Source: an uncultured Nitrospiraceae bacterium
Lineage (GTDB): Bacteria > Nitrospirota > Thermodesulfovibrionia > Thermodesulfovibrionales > SM23-35
Direction of reading: 5' to 3'
Length of the DNA: 64,000 nt
Assembly (NCBI GenBank): GCA_963727775.1
Contig: CAVSHB010000001.1
Location: 1,408,001 to 1,472,000, forward strand
Positions 10,048-20,525 of this stretch are shown piece by piece (positions within the stretch are counted from its first letter, which is position 1; each line of letters opens with the position of its first letter). The notes beneath the pieces were generated by a model. That model saw only the letters and a list, made by a program, of their open reading frames with translations, had not been told where the DNA came from and ran no database searches. Position numbers and translations under genes: made by a program.

Positions 10048-11322
10048 CTATTTATTGACCAGATAGAAAACTATTATGCCGGATTCGTCACGAATCTCGG
10101 ATATTGAAGAGTAAGGAATTTGAGATTCATGGAAAATATCCATGAAATCTTCTTCAGTTCGCTGTAGGAACCCGTCCCAGTCAACGATCCAGCGGTATTG
10201 CTGAGAGCTATATCGTGCAGCATCTTTAAAGGATGTGATAAGCAAACCTCCCGGATTTAGAAGATTGTATAATGCATTAAACAAATTTGATAGAAAATCA
10301 GATTGCAGGTAGTCAAAAAAACCTACGCTGTAAATGATATCCTGTTTGCCGAACTCGCTCATATTTAACTCATGATCGAACATCCTGACAGCGTTATATT
10401 TACGGACATTAACCAGATTTGATATGGTCGGTGAGATGTTCGTATAGGACAGGCGATTTGCGGCAAAAGCAAGGGCATCGTTATCTAAATCAATACAGGT
10501 AAATTTTGCTCCGGAATTTTCTATTTCAGGAGCCAATTCAAAGACCTCACGGCATGAGCCGCAGGCTATATTCAAGACGGACGGTTTTTGTCTCTTAAGC
10601 AGCTCGCCTTTTAATATTTCTTTAAGTTTTTTTATTCTATTCCTTACCCCTAAAGCCAGTTGGGCATTTAAACCATATAAATCCAGATAATACCCTATCC
10701 CATCCGACAACGGAGTATTTCTGTACATATTTTCAAGCATTTTATAGTCACCCTGATATCCCTGCGGCCATGTTCGCGCCCGGTTCATAAAGTAGCTTTT
10801 CGATAAGATAGCATTGGTTTTTTCACGGAACCTGGTCTGCGCATCTCGCACGATATCTTTGTCCTTCACCTCTGTCTCAAAAACCTTGCATGCTTCACAT
10901 ACATCATCAACAGCGGTTCTTGTTATCTCAAATATTTCTTCAGAGACTTCCGTTGCACCGTAACATTTTTTTTCTATTTCTTCAAGCTGTTTATTAAATA
11001 TCTCTGTTGCTTCGTCGAGCGCCTTTATATGTTTTCCGTCAAGCTCGATACCTGCCTTATAAGTATCGTCAAGCTTTGTGCACCATCTCACAAAACCTGC
11101 CTTTTCTTCTATCCCGCCATCGAACCACAACATATTGCCTGTCTCCAAAGGGTAGTCTGTCTGGATACAAATTCCTGCTTCACTGATATTGACAGCCTTA
11201 CCTTTCAGCTGCAACCATTTGTGTTCCTTTGATCCGGAAACGCTCAATGAATAGTCAATGGTCTGTGAATAAGGTTTCCTTTCGTATCTTCTTGCGTTAA
11301 GCATAGTTGATGCGTTCTGCAT
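10048..11322 (-). CDS. PilZ domain fused to a SAM-dependent methyltransferase of the PhcB-like (fatty-acid methyl ester synthase) type
   Basis: N-terminal RRYER and NISEAG PilZ motifs; C-terminal WPQGYQGDY...RNR...LNIACGSCRE...YSVGFFDYL...LLNPGG. Confidence 0.75.
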   Translation of the reverse strand: MQNASTMLNARRYERKPYSQTIDYSLSVSGSKEHKWLQLKGKAVNISEAGICIQTDYPLETGNMLWFDGGIEEKAGFVRWCTKLDDTYKAGIELDGKHIKALDEATEIFNKQLEEIEKKCYGATEVSEEIFEITRTAVDDVCEACKVFETEVKDKDIVRDAQTRFREKTNAILSKSYFMNRARTWPQGYQGDYKMLENMYRNTPLSDGIGYYLDLYGLNAQLALGVRNRIKKLKEILKGELLKRQKPSVLNIACGSCREVFELAPEIENSGAKFTCIDLDNDALAFAANRLSYTNISPTISNLVNVRKYNAVRMFDHELNMSEFGKQDIIYSVGFFDYLQSDFLSNLFNALYNLLNPGGLLITSFKDAARYSSQQYRWIVDWDGFLQRTEEDFMDIFHESQIPYSSISEIRDESGIIVFYLVNK

Positions 11323-12065
11323 AACTTTCCTCCCTTTTTTAATTGTTGTGATAATTGACTTTTACAGTCGCTTTCCCACTTTTTTTTTAATTTTAAATCT
11401 ATATTTCTCCAAATGTCTGTCGGGAGAGTTTGACTTTTTTTGTAGGGGAAGTTTGATTTTTGAAAAAAAAGGAAAGATTATGGTAAATCTTTTCTATTAT
11501 TATTTTTTGATGAAGCTTTGTGCGCTGATGAATGCGATCTCCTGAAAATCTTTTCGATTTTGTCTCTGTAAGCCGTTGAGATCAATATAATTAAAATTGC
11601 GATTCCCAGGAGAACTGAAAACCTGTAATATTGATGACGTCGAATATAATCTACCGCCGAGTGTCAATAAAACTGTGCCCAGAAACCTTCCGGTAGTGCT
11701 GATCACCAGAAATTCTTTTAAGCTCAGATGGCCAAGTCCGAGGATATAGCAAAGGTAATCCTTAAGGAAAGCCGGGTATCAGGAAGAGTAAAAATACCAG
11801 GAAAGCCCCTTTATGGTGAAGAAGATAATCATACCGGTATAAAACCGAGAAAAGAGAGGGGACCGAGAGAATTCAGGAAAGCGGTCATTTTTTCCCTGTT
11901 GAGGAAAAAAGAGATCATGCCTGTTTTATACAGGATGAAGGTTGAACCTGCAACAATCGAAACGAGAATTGCTAATTTAAGCCATGTCTTATTTCGAAAT
12001 TTTCCTATGGGTATTCTCCTCTTTCATTACGGAGACATTCCTCACTTTTTGAAATCCTTTGCCAT

Positions 12066-12839
12066 TTATTTCTCTTTCTCCTTTTTTTCAAGAAAAAGGG
12101 TGATCAGGTCTATCGGAACCGGGAAGATGATCGTTGAATTCTTCTCTGTGGCGATCTCGGTGAGCGTCTGGAGAAATCTGAGCTGCATCGCGGTCGGTGC
12201 CGTTGCAATAATGGTTGCCGCATCAGCAAGTTTCTGCGAGGCCTGGAACTCGCCTTCAGCATGGATGATCTTCGCCCTTCTCTCACGCTCGGCCTCTGCC
12301 TGCTTCGCGATCGCCCTCTGCATCTCTTCGGGCAGGTCGACGTTCTTGACCTCGACTGTGGTAACCTTAATGCCCCACGGTTCGGTCTGAAAATCGATCA
12401 CCTTCTGGAGTTCGGCGTTCAGCTGCTCCCTGTTCGTGAGCAGGTCGTCAAGCTGACTCTGGCCGAGGATGCTCCTGAGCGTTGTCTGGGCTATCTGTGA
12501 CGTTGCGAAGAAAAAATCTTCGATCGCAGTTATGGCTCTTGTCGGGTCCATAACTCTGAAATAGACAACGGCGTTTACTTTGACCGTGATATTGTCCCTG
12601 GTAATAATGTCTTGTGAAGGGACGTCCATCGTAACGATACGGAGACTTACCTTGACGAGTTTGTCAATAAGAGGCCATATGAGGACGAGTCCGGGACCCT
12701 TCACCGGTATCACCCTACCGAGCCTGAATACGACCCCGCGTTCGTATTCCTTCAGGATTTTTATTGCGCTTGAAAGAAAGTAGACGACGAGAAAAAGAAT
12801 GAAAAGAAAACTCATAAGCGACGGTCCAAATAGCTGCAT
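12066..12839 (-). CDS. SPFH/stomatin (slipin) family protein
   Basis: [36 protein letters not shown]. Confidence 0.95.
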   Translation of the reverse strand: MQLFGPSLMSFLFILFLVVYFLSSAIKILKEYERGVVFRLGRVIPVKGPGLVLIWPLIDKLVKVSLRIVTMDVPSQDIITRDNITVKVNAVVYFRVMDPTRAITAIEDFFFATSQIAQTTLRSILGQSQLDDLLTNREQLNAELQKVIDFQTEPWGIKVTTVEVKNVDLPEEMQRAIAKQAEAERERRAKIIHAEGEFQASQKLADAATIIATAPTAMQLRFLQTLTEIATEKNSTIIFPVPIDLITLFLEKKEKEK

Positions 12840-12903
12840 AATAACCTCCTTTTATTTAAATAAATAGGTTTGTTATAACAATAACTTCAAGTAAATAATG
12901 AAG

Positions 12904-14235
12904 TTATTGTTTCCTGACTTTTAACTTTAAGCCTGTCACCTCCTCGACAATAATCGTATCGCCTTTTTCAATCTGCGTGGCGGAATGTGCTGACCATCGC
13001 TCGCCCTGCAGCGAAACCATTCCGCCGTCTTTTGTTATGTCTGTATCTGCGATACCATGTGTCCCTATGAGGCCTTCAGCGCCTGTAACGGGTTTCCTCC
13101 TATATGCTTTAAATGCAAGGCTGAGTATTACAGTGAAGAATAGGGCGGTTATGATAACAGCGGGCAATATAACCGAAAGAGAGAGTTTCATAAAAGGCGC
13201 GGGAGATTCGAAAAGCATCAATGAACCTATAATCATGGCAATAATGCCTCCGATTGTGAGTATCCCGTGAGATACGATCTTTATTTCAAGAATGAAAAGG
13301 ATGAGAGCGAGTATGATAAGCAATAGTCCCGCATAATTTACCGGCAGTGTTTGAAAGGCGTAAAAAGCCAGTATGAGGCAGATCCCGCCTATCACTCCCG
13401 GGAACAAAGCACCGGGGGTTGTAAGTTCGAAAAATAAGCCATAGAAACCAAGGAGCATCATTATATAAGCGACATTCGGGTCGGAGATAAGATTGAGTAT
13501 TCTGTGCCTGATGCTTATTTCTTTCCTTATTACAACCACATCCTTTGTATCGAGAATTTTAACGCCGGATACAGTCTGTACTTTCTTCCCGTCAATATCG
13601 TGAAGGAGAGAATTCAGGTCCTTTGTTATAAAGTCTATTATGTGTTCTTTCAAAGCCTCGGTCTCAGTAGCGGATATGCTTTTCCTTACAGCGTCTTCAG
13701 CCCATTTCGCATTTTTTCCTTTGCTCTCCGCAAGTGATTTGATATACGCTGCAGCGTCATTGGTCGCCTTTTCAGCCATTGTCTTATCCATCTTTTCAGT
13801 TATGCTTACGGGATGCGCTGCTCCGATATTTGTACCCGGCGCCATCGCAGCAATATGGGCGGCCATAGTAATGAATACCCCGGCAGACGCAGCCCTGCTG
13901 CCGCTCGGATAGACAAAGACAACAACAGGTACTTCACTTCCGATAATTTCTTTAACAATATTTCTCATGGAGGTGTCCAACCCGCCGGGGGTATCAAGTT
14001 CTATCACCAAAGCCTCAGCTTTTTTCTCATTAGCATTTCTGATGCTCTTACCGATGAACTCGGCCGCAACAGGATTGATGACACCGGCAACAGTTATGAC
14101 CATAACTTCTTTTTTACGGTCGGCTTTTTTAATTTCATCGGAATAGGCATGGGAACAGAAAAGAAACAGGAGGATCAACAGCAGGGATTTAATAGTAAAG
14201 GACTTATTTATTTGGATTCTAGGACTGCCTCTCAT
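12904..14235 (-). CDS. nfeD: NfeD family membrane-bound serine protease (ClpP-like, TM and OB-fold domains)
   Basis: LDTPGG, RAASAG, NIGAAHPV, C-terminal GERWSA; paired with slipin. Confidence 0.93.
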   Translation of the reverse strand: MRGSPRIQINKSFTIKSLLLILLFLFCSHAYSDEIKKADRKKEVMVITVAGVINPVAAEFIGKSIRNANEKKAEALVIELDTPGGLDTSMRNIVKEIIGSEVPVVVFVYPSGSRAASAGVFITMAAHIAAMAPGTNIGAAHPVSITEKMDKTMAEKATNDAAAYIKSLAESKGKNAKWAEDAVRKSISATETEALKEHIIDFITKDLNSLLHDIDGKKVQTVSGVKILDTKDVVVIRKEISIRHRILNLISDPNVAYIMMLLGFYGLFFELTTPGALFPGVIGGICLILAFYAFQTLPVNYAGLLLIILALILFILEIKIVSHGILTIGGIIAMIIGSLMLFESPAPFMKLSLSVILPAVIITALFFTVILSLAFKAYRRKPVTGAEGLIGTHGIADTDITKDGGMVSLQGERWSAHSATQIEKGDTIIVEEVTGLKLKVRKQ

Positions 14236-14493
14236 AGTATACTAAAGTATAGGTATTATGAAAGCAAAATGCAATTCCAGTCCGCCATCTTAGTCAGACT
14301 GACATCCTATGCGGACCGATCCTTGTGAAAAGGGATTACTATTAGTAATAGTAGGGCAATTTCCATAAGTAACGTATTCATATTTATCTATCCATGATCA
14401 GAAAGAAAAGATTCAGTTAATATGCAATGGCATATTAAATATGCTATTATTTTAATATATGTAAGGTTAAGCAAGAAAGGTAAGGTGATTGTT

Positions 14494-14748
14494 ATGACGA
14501 CGGCAGCAGTAAAAATTACTAAGAAGGGGCAAGTAACTATCCCAAAGGAAATTCGTGAAAAACTGAAGACCAGCACGATCTACTTTGATATAGTGGATGA
14601 CACGATTATGGTCAAAGCGGTAAGAGACGCCGCTGGCTCCTTGCAATCATATGCAAGAAATGTGAAGCCGGGTACGCCGATGAAACAGATAAAAGAAAAA
14701 GCTTGGGAGGCCGTGGCACATGAAAAAGCCAGAAAAAAGTCTTCCTGA
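14494..14748 (+). CDS. AbrB/MazE-type antitoxin (VapB-like)
   Basis: KITKKGQVTIPKEIREKL; start moved to the ATG at 14494 after AAGGTGA. Confidence 0.88.
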   Translation: MTTAAVKITKKGQVTIPKEIREKLKTSTIYFDIVDDTIMVKAVRDAAGSLQSYARNVKPGTPMKQIKEKAWEAVAHEKARKKSS

Positions 14749-15142
14749 TACAAATGCTATTATCCGATATCTTACGAAAGACGATGAGGTATTGTACTCA
14801 AAGGCCAAAGAATTTTTCGATAGGGTGAAAAATGGAAGCTGCAAGGTGATCATCGTAGAAAGCGTTATCGCTGAATGTATTTATGTGCTCACAAAGGTCT
14901 ACAAAGTTCCGAAAAATGAGGCAGCGGCAAGCCTTAAGGATATTTTACATTATAAGGGAGTCGCCAATGAGGACCAAAAAGAACTTATTCGTGCACTGAC
15001 TCTTTTCCAGGACCGTAACATTGATATCGTCGATTGCATCTTGTGCGTAAAGTCCACGAATCCTGATCTGAGTCTCTTTTCTTTTGACGACGACCTCAAT
15101 AAGATAAACGCTTCTCTATCCGTATCCCAACGTGAAAATTAA
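14720..15142 (+). CDS. PIN-domain toxin (VapC-like)
   Basis: DTNAIIRYL, VIAE, DIVDC, FSFD acidic PIN motifs; overlaps the antitoxin. Confidence 0.9.
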   Translation: MKKPEKSLPDTNAIIRYLTKDDEVLYSKAKEFFDRVKNGSCKVIIVESVIAECIYVLTKVYKVPKNEAAASLKDILHYKGVANEDQKELIRALTLFQDRNIDIVDCILCVKSTNPDLSLFSFDDDLNKINASLSVSQREN

Positions 15143-15389
15143 AGAAATCCTTTGTCCAGTCCATACGCAAAGACTTTCGAAGCGGACTAAGCAGTGCGAT
15201 GTTTTCCCTATATCAAACGCCCTCGATGGACCGAGCCGAGCAATGATCTGTGCAGATTCAGGTCTCAATAACACATAGAACTAAATAGGCCCAATTTTTT
15301 CTAACAGTGCAGATTTCTTCTGCAACCACGTCATCCGTTCTCTTGAGGAAATTTGAATATTACTTTTACAAACAGAGGAGACGGGTCCC

Positions 15390-18300
15390 TTATTCAGGGA
15401 TTGGCAAAGTGAAATAGAATGTCGAGCCTTTGCCGGGCTCCGACTCCACCCAGATGCGGCCTCCGTGCCGTTCCACTATCTTCTGGCATATGGCAAGCCC
15501 TATGCCGGTTCCATGATATTCGGACTTGCTGTGCAACCGGTGAAATACAGCGAATATTTTCTCAGAGTCTTCAGGATCTATACCAATCCCATTATCGTGA
15601 ACCGAAAAGTTATACTCCGATCCCTCTTTTTTCGCTGATATATGTATTTTGGGAGTATCTTTGCAAAACTTGATCGCATTCCCTATTAAGTTCTGGAATA
15701 GACTCGTCAGTTGAGTGGCATCTCCTTGTACCGCTGGAAGCGGTTCATCCAAAGTGATATCTGCGCTCTTTTCGCTGACGGCATTACTTAAGTTGAAAAT
15801 TGCCTTTGTTACACATAGCGACGTATTTGTTTCCTTAAAGGAATTGTTATCGCTCCCCACCTTCGCATATTCAAGGACGTCGAGAATAAGTGCCTGCATA
15901 TCTTTGACACCGGTCGTGATAAAGTGCATAAACTCATCCGCCTTATTGTCAAGCTTGCCACGGTATCTCCTTGCCAGCAGTTGTACGAAACCTTCAACGT
16001 TCCTGAGCGGCGACTGCAGGTCATGGGACGCAATATATGCAAACTGTTGCAAGTCTGAATTGGAGCGTTTGAGTTCCTCTGTGAGCTTATGCAATGCTTC
16101 CTCCGCCTTTGTGCGAGCAGCTCTCGTTCGCATGACTTCGATTCCATACGACAGGTCGTCTGCGAGTTCGGTCAATAGTTTCACTTCGGCCTCCGAGAAT
16201 GGATCGGCTTCAGGGGAATAAATCGTAAGTGAGCCGAATACTTTGTTCTCAGACCATAGGGGGAATACGATTGAAGATGCATAGCCGCGCCGTCTCGCCT
16301 GTTCGCGCCAAGGCGCGAAGGCCGGGTCGTTTAACATATTGCGACATATGGAGACTTTGCCTGTGCGGATAGCCGTGCCTGTCGGTCCACGGCCCCGCTC
16401 TCTGTCTGCCCATGTAAGATTCAATGTTTCAAGATAGCCGTCCTCGAAGCCTGCGTAAGCCACGGGCCGCACTGATTTATCCTCGTCATTTTCCGCGAAA
16501 CCTATCCAGACCATGCTATAGCCGCAGTCCTCCACTATAATCCTGCAAACGTCCTCCAAGAACTCTTCTTCGTCTTTGGCCCTGATTACAGCTTGACTAC
16601 TGTCACTCAGAGCCTTCAGAGTTTTGTTCAACCTTAGGAGATCTGCCTCAGCCCGCTTGCGCTCGGTAATATCTTCGGTGAAAATGACAATGCCGCCAAG
16701 TTCCCCAGAGCCAGTGTGCCAGGGTCGCACTTCCCAACAAAGCCATTGTACTGATCCGTCTGCACGCTCGAAAGGGTCTTCATCAGCGCGCACGACTTCT
16801 CCGCCCAGCCCACGGCGATGGACTTCTTTCCAGTACTCGGGGATTTCAGGAAAGACCTCGTAATGGGAAATGCCAAGCAGGTTGCGCTCTTCGAGACCGT
16901 AGTCTGCAAGCCAGCGACGACTCACGCTCAGATAGCGCATCTCGCGATCAAACATTGCCAGAGAAGCGGGTGCGTGGTCGATGAATAGGCGCAGCCGCTC
17001 CTCGCTCTCGCGAAGCGCATCCTCTGCCCGCCTACGCGCGGTGATGTCGTGGGCAACATGGACCGATCCGATCATGCGCCTTTTCTCATCGTACAATGGG
17101 GTAGTGCTGACTACAAAGTCACCCCCAAGGAGGTCCTCGTGCACTTCCTCAATATGTTCTACTCCATCAGCCAACGTTCTCGAATGAGGACAGAATGATG
17201 GCGGGGCCGATGTGCCATGAACAGCCTTGTAGCAATGAAGGCCTACACACTCCTCGGGCTTCAGACCCAAACGCTGTGCCATTGCCTGATTCACCCGTAT
17301 AACCCGATGCTGATTGTCGAGGATTGCGATCATGTCCGGCACGCTGTCGAATGTCCGCTCCCATTCCTCCTTGGCCCGGATAATCGCTTCCTCCGCCTTT
17401 TTGCGTTCGGAGATATCGCGAATCGCAGTGTGACGGCTCCCACTGCCCGGGGACGCGGTCCGCCCGTTTGCCTCAACAGCGATCCGCGTGCCGTCCTTGC
17501 GGAGCATGGTGTGTTCGATCAACGACTCCCTGCCCTGCCAGATATTCGCCATCACCCGCTCACGATCCTCGGGGATAATAAGACTGGCAATCTCCAACCC
17601 CTTCAGCTCTGACACGGTGTAGCCCATCATCTGGGCAAACTGCTTGTTGCAGTCCACAATCCGGCCCGCTTCGCTTTCGACAATGCCTTCAAAGGTCACC
17701 TCCGCAAACACCGCCAAACGTGCCTGACTGTCGTGCAAGGCCGCTTCACACTCATAGGCAGTTGCCTTGTCCCGGCTCCGCCGGTAGAGTTCGGAGACCC
17801 CGCTCATAAATAGGCCCATGCCGGTAAAAATGACGAGCCCCAAGCGGTCAGCTGGCGAAGCAATAGCAAACCCTTCCGGAGGCAGAATGTAGTATGCCGT
17901 CGTCAAGCCCGCTAATGCCGTCGCCAGCAAGCCAGGCCCAAAGCCAGCCAGCAAAGCCACCGCCATTACCGCCGGATAGAACGTGAGGTAGGCAGGTAAG
18001 CCGGGGCCGATCGATCCATGCCGTCAGCGCGAGACGCAACCCCATGGCCGCACACGCAGCTACCACCGACATCGTATAGCGCAAAGCCAACTGGAGGGGC
18101 GGCTGATTCCGGATCGCCAGCAGCAACTCGTTCCTTCGCCACTCTTCTTCCACTGCCGCTAACGTAATTCTCCGGACACCGCTTTCGCGCGCTGCCGACA
18201 GCACCGCTATGCACATATAGACCGTGCCGAAGAATTGCGTAAATCGTGCGACCCATTGGAGGGGAGAGTTCTTCACTGCAATCGCCATGGACCCGCTCAA

Positions 18301-18963
18301 ACCGGTTGCAAGCAGAACTAGTCCCAGCGCATACCAGTAGAGGAATGGCGACGCACTGCGGCGGTTTGTCTGCCAAAGAAGTCCGGCCGTGAGGAGGAAG
18401 AGTGCTACGGCCATGCTCACCACTATGCTTCGCAGCAGAGTACCGCCCTGTCCGTCGATGAAGAATACCGGCATCCAACCCGCGAAGGCGCCCCAGATGA
18501 CCAGTCCCATCGCCGCTACACCGCCCGCATAAGTAATCACCAACCACGTGGCGGAATGCCTCAGATGGATCTTGAGCTGGGAAGTGATTGAAACGCCGAT
18601 AAAATGGCATATTGCCCCCAGCAAGGCGGATGTATTGTAGATCGCAAAAGCCGTGTCTGAGCTTCGAGTGAATCCGATGGGCATAGCCGTCACGCCGATA
18701 TCCATCATTAGCATGCCACAACCAAGCATCAGGACGCTGGGTTGCCCGTTAGCCAGGAAACTGCGTGCTGCTGGAATAACAATGAATGCAACGCCGAGGG
18801 CCACGGAACCATAATGGACGAGCCAGTACAAAAGCGGCAAAGACCAAGCGATACGCACGTCCACCACCCATAGAGCGGTCATTATCGTCAGCAGCAGTGG
18901 GATCGGCAACCAAGCCAGCCGGTGCCAACGACTGGGTACCTGAGGCTGTGTCTCGCCCTTCAT
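15390..18963 (-). pseudogene. Large multi-sensor histidine kinase (multi-TM, DUF4118-like, 3 PAS, GAF, HisKA, HATPase) split by a 4-bp duplication at 18009-18016
   Basis: ORFs 17848-18963 and 15390-17966 join into ...[23 protein letters not shown]... if one GATC is removed; H-box [18 protein letters not shown]. Confidence 0.82.
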
Positions 18964-19556
18964 TGGTGCTCCTTATAGAAGTCTATCGCAGATTAATATC
19001 AATACCAATCTTATCATTATTATTTATTCTTTTAACAGGGGGACTTTTCCCGAGATTCAAGAAGGTGAGTGGAAAACTTGACTGCATTCACGGATTCGAA
19101 AACTAAACGCTTTGAATGTAGAATGAAATCAATGATAACCTCGTTGTTCATATGTATTTCGACACTTTTCGCCTCTATCACCGTTGCGACTTTGATGAGC
19201 AATTAGTTAAACGCTTCGATCTGCTGAAAACGTGTGTTCGTGGCTGGAGAACTACGTTTATCTATCACTTTGGAGAACGTTTGTTTGATGAAGTACGTGA
19301 AAACGGTATCTGAGGCTATTATGCAAGAGGGAGCTTTGTTATTCGCGGTGAGTAGACGGGGTACTGAGCAAAAACATGGTATTTCCTTCGGGGTGTACTC
19401 TGCCGACAGTTTCTAACGTCAGGACAACTATTAACATGTGTAGTCTAAATTCCGAATTCTGTATGCATCACCTTAACGTGCTTTATATTCCGAAAAATAA
19501 ACAAAACAGCAATAATAATTTCACATGCTTTGATATCAAAACTCCCCTCCTTTTTA

Positions 19557-20489
19557 TTAGTCTTCTAACAATTCCCTTATAGTGAGCAATACCGATTCGC
19601 TGAGCGCATGAAGATTATAACCTCCTTCAAGCGCAAACACATACGGTATAGACGGAAGATATGTCGTCGTTTTCTTTAGAAGAATCCCCCTCACTATATT
19701 CCTCATTCCCTCATATGTGACATTGATACCTGACAAAGGGTCATCGGCGTGTATATCATAACCTGCGGATATAAGTATGATGTCCGGACGGAAGTTTTTG
19801 ATTAATCCGGGCAGGATATCACGGTACGCGTAATAGTAATCTTTATCTCCCGATCCGGGACGCAAAGCTATGTTATATGTAAAGCCTTCACCTCTGCCCT
19901 TTCCCCGCTCGGTATCTTTTCCGGTACCGGGATAGTGAGGATACTGGTGAGTGCTGAAATAAAAAACAGTATCATCTTCTTCGAAGCTGTGCTGGGTGCC
20001 GTTTCCGTGATGGACATCAAAATCAATGATGAATATTTTTTCGTACCCGACCTTCTGGGCATAACGGGCCCCCACTGCAATATTATTGAAGATGCAGAAA
20101 CCCATCGCGGTGTCCGCTTCGGCGTGATGGCCGGGTGGCCGCACAGCGCAGAATGCCCTTTCTATTTCTCCTTTTCTGCACCTGTCTATAGCTTCAATGA
20201 CAGCGCCAGCAGCGAACATTGCCGCCTCAAATGAGTTTTCAGAGATGTATGTGTCGGGGTCATAATAACCTGTGAATTTTTTTATGCTGTCGAAATATTC
20301 CCTGGTATGAATTGACAGTATATCTTCGTCTTTTGCCCTTCGGGGTTTAATCTGAATAAGCTTATTCCAGAGGTCGGAATTTTTCAGGGCGTCTGTTATG
20401 GCAATTAGTCTTTTGGAGGATTCGGGATGTCCGATGGGCATCTCGTGTTTAAGGAATATGTCGTCGTATACGAAACCGATTTTTTTCAT
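19557..20489 (-). CDS. Histone deacetylase family (AcuC/HDAC-like) zinc-dependent deacylase
   Basis: HPES, RPPGHHA, GFCIFNN, DFDVHHGNGTQ, SAGYD, LEGGY. Confidence 0.95.
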   Translation of the reverse strand: MKKIGFVYDDIFLKHEMPIGHPESSKRLIAITDALKNSDLWNKLIQIKPRRAKDEDILSIHTREYFDSIKKFTGYYDPDTYISENSFEAAMFAAGAVIEAIDRCRKGEIERAFCAVRPPGHHAEADTAMGFCIFNNIAVGARYAQKVGYEKIFIIDFDVHHGNGTQHSFEEDDTVFYFSTHQYPHYPGTGKDTERGKGRGEGFTYNIALRPGSGDKDYYYAYRDILPGLIKNFRPDIILISAGYDIHADDPLSGINVTYEGMRNIVRGILLKKTTTYLPSIPYVFALEGGYNLHALSESVLLTIRELLED

Positions 20490-20525
20490 AATCAGATGTT
20501 ATTTATTCGATAGTGAAAACAATAA

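Noticed and set aside
11728..12390. 220-aa plus-strand ORF
   Set aside because: Half is antisense to the slipin gene; no recognisable motifs.
17966..18721. 251-aa alternative-frame ORF in the kinase
   Set aside because: Shadow frame of GC-rich sequence; only its last few codons reflect the true frame after the duplication.
19100..19420. Possible gene remnant (NDNLVVHMYFDTFRLYHRCDF...) and a TTCTAAC site
   Set aside because: Interrupted by stops, no recognisable family, and no complete attC palindrome.
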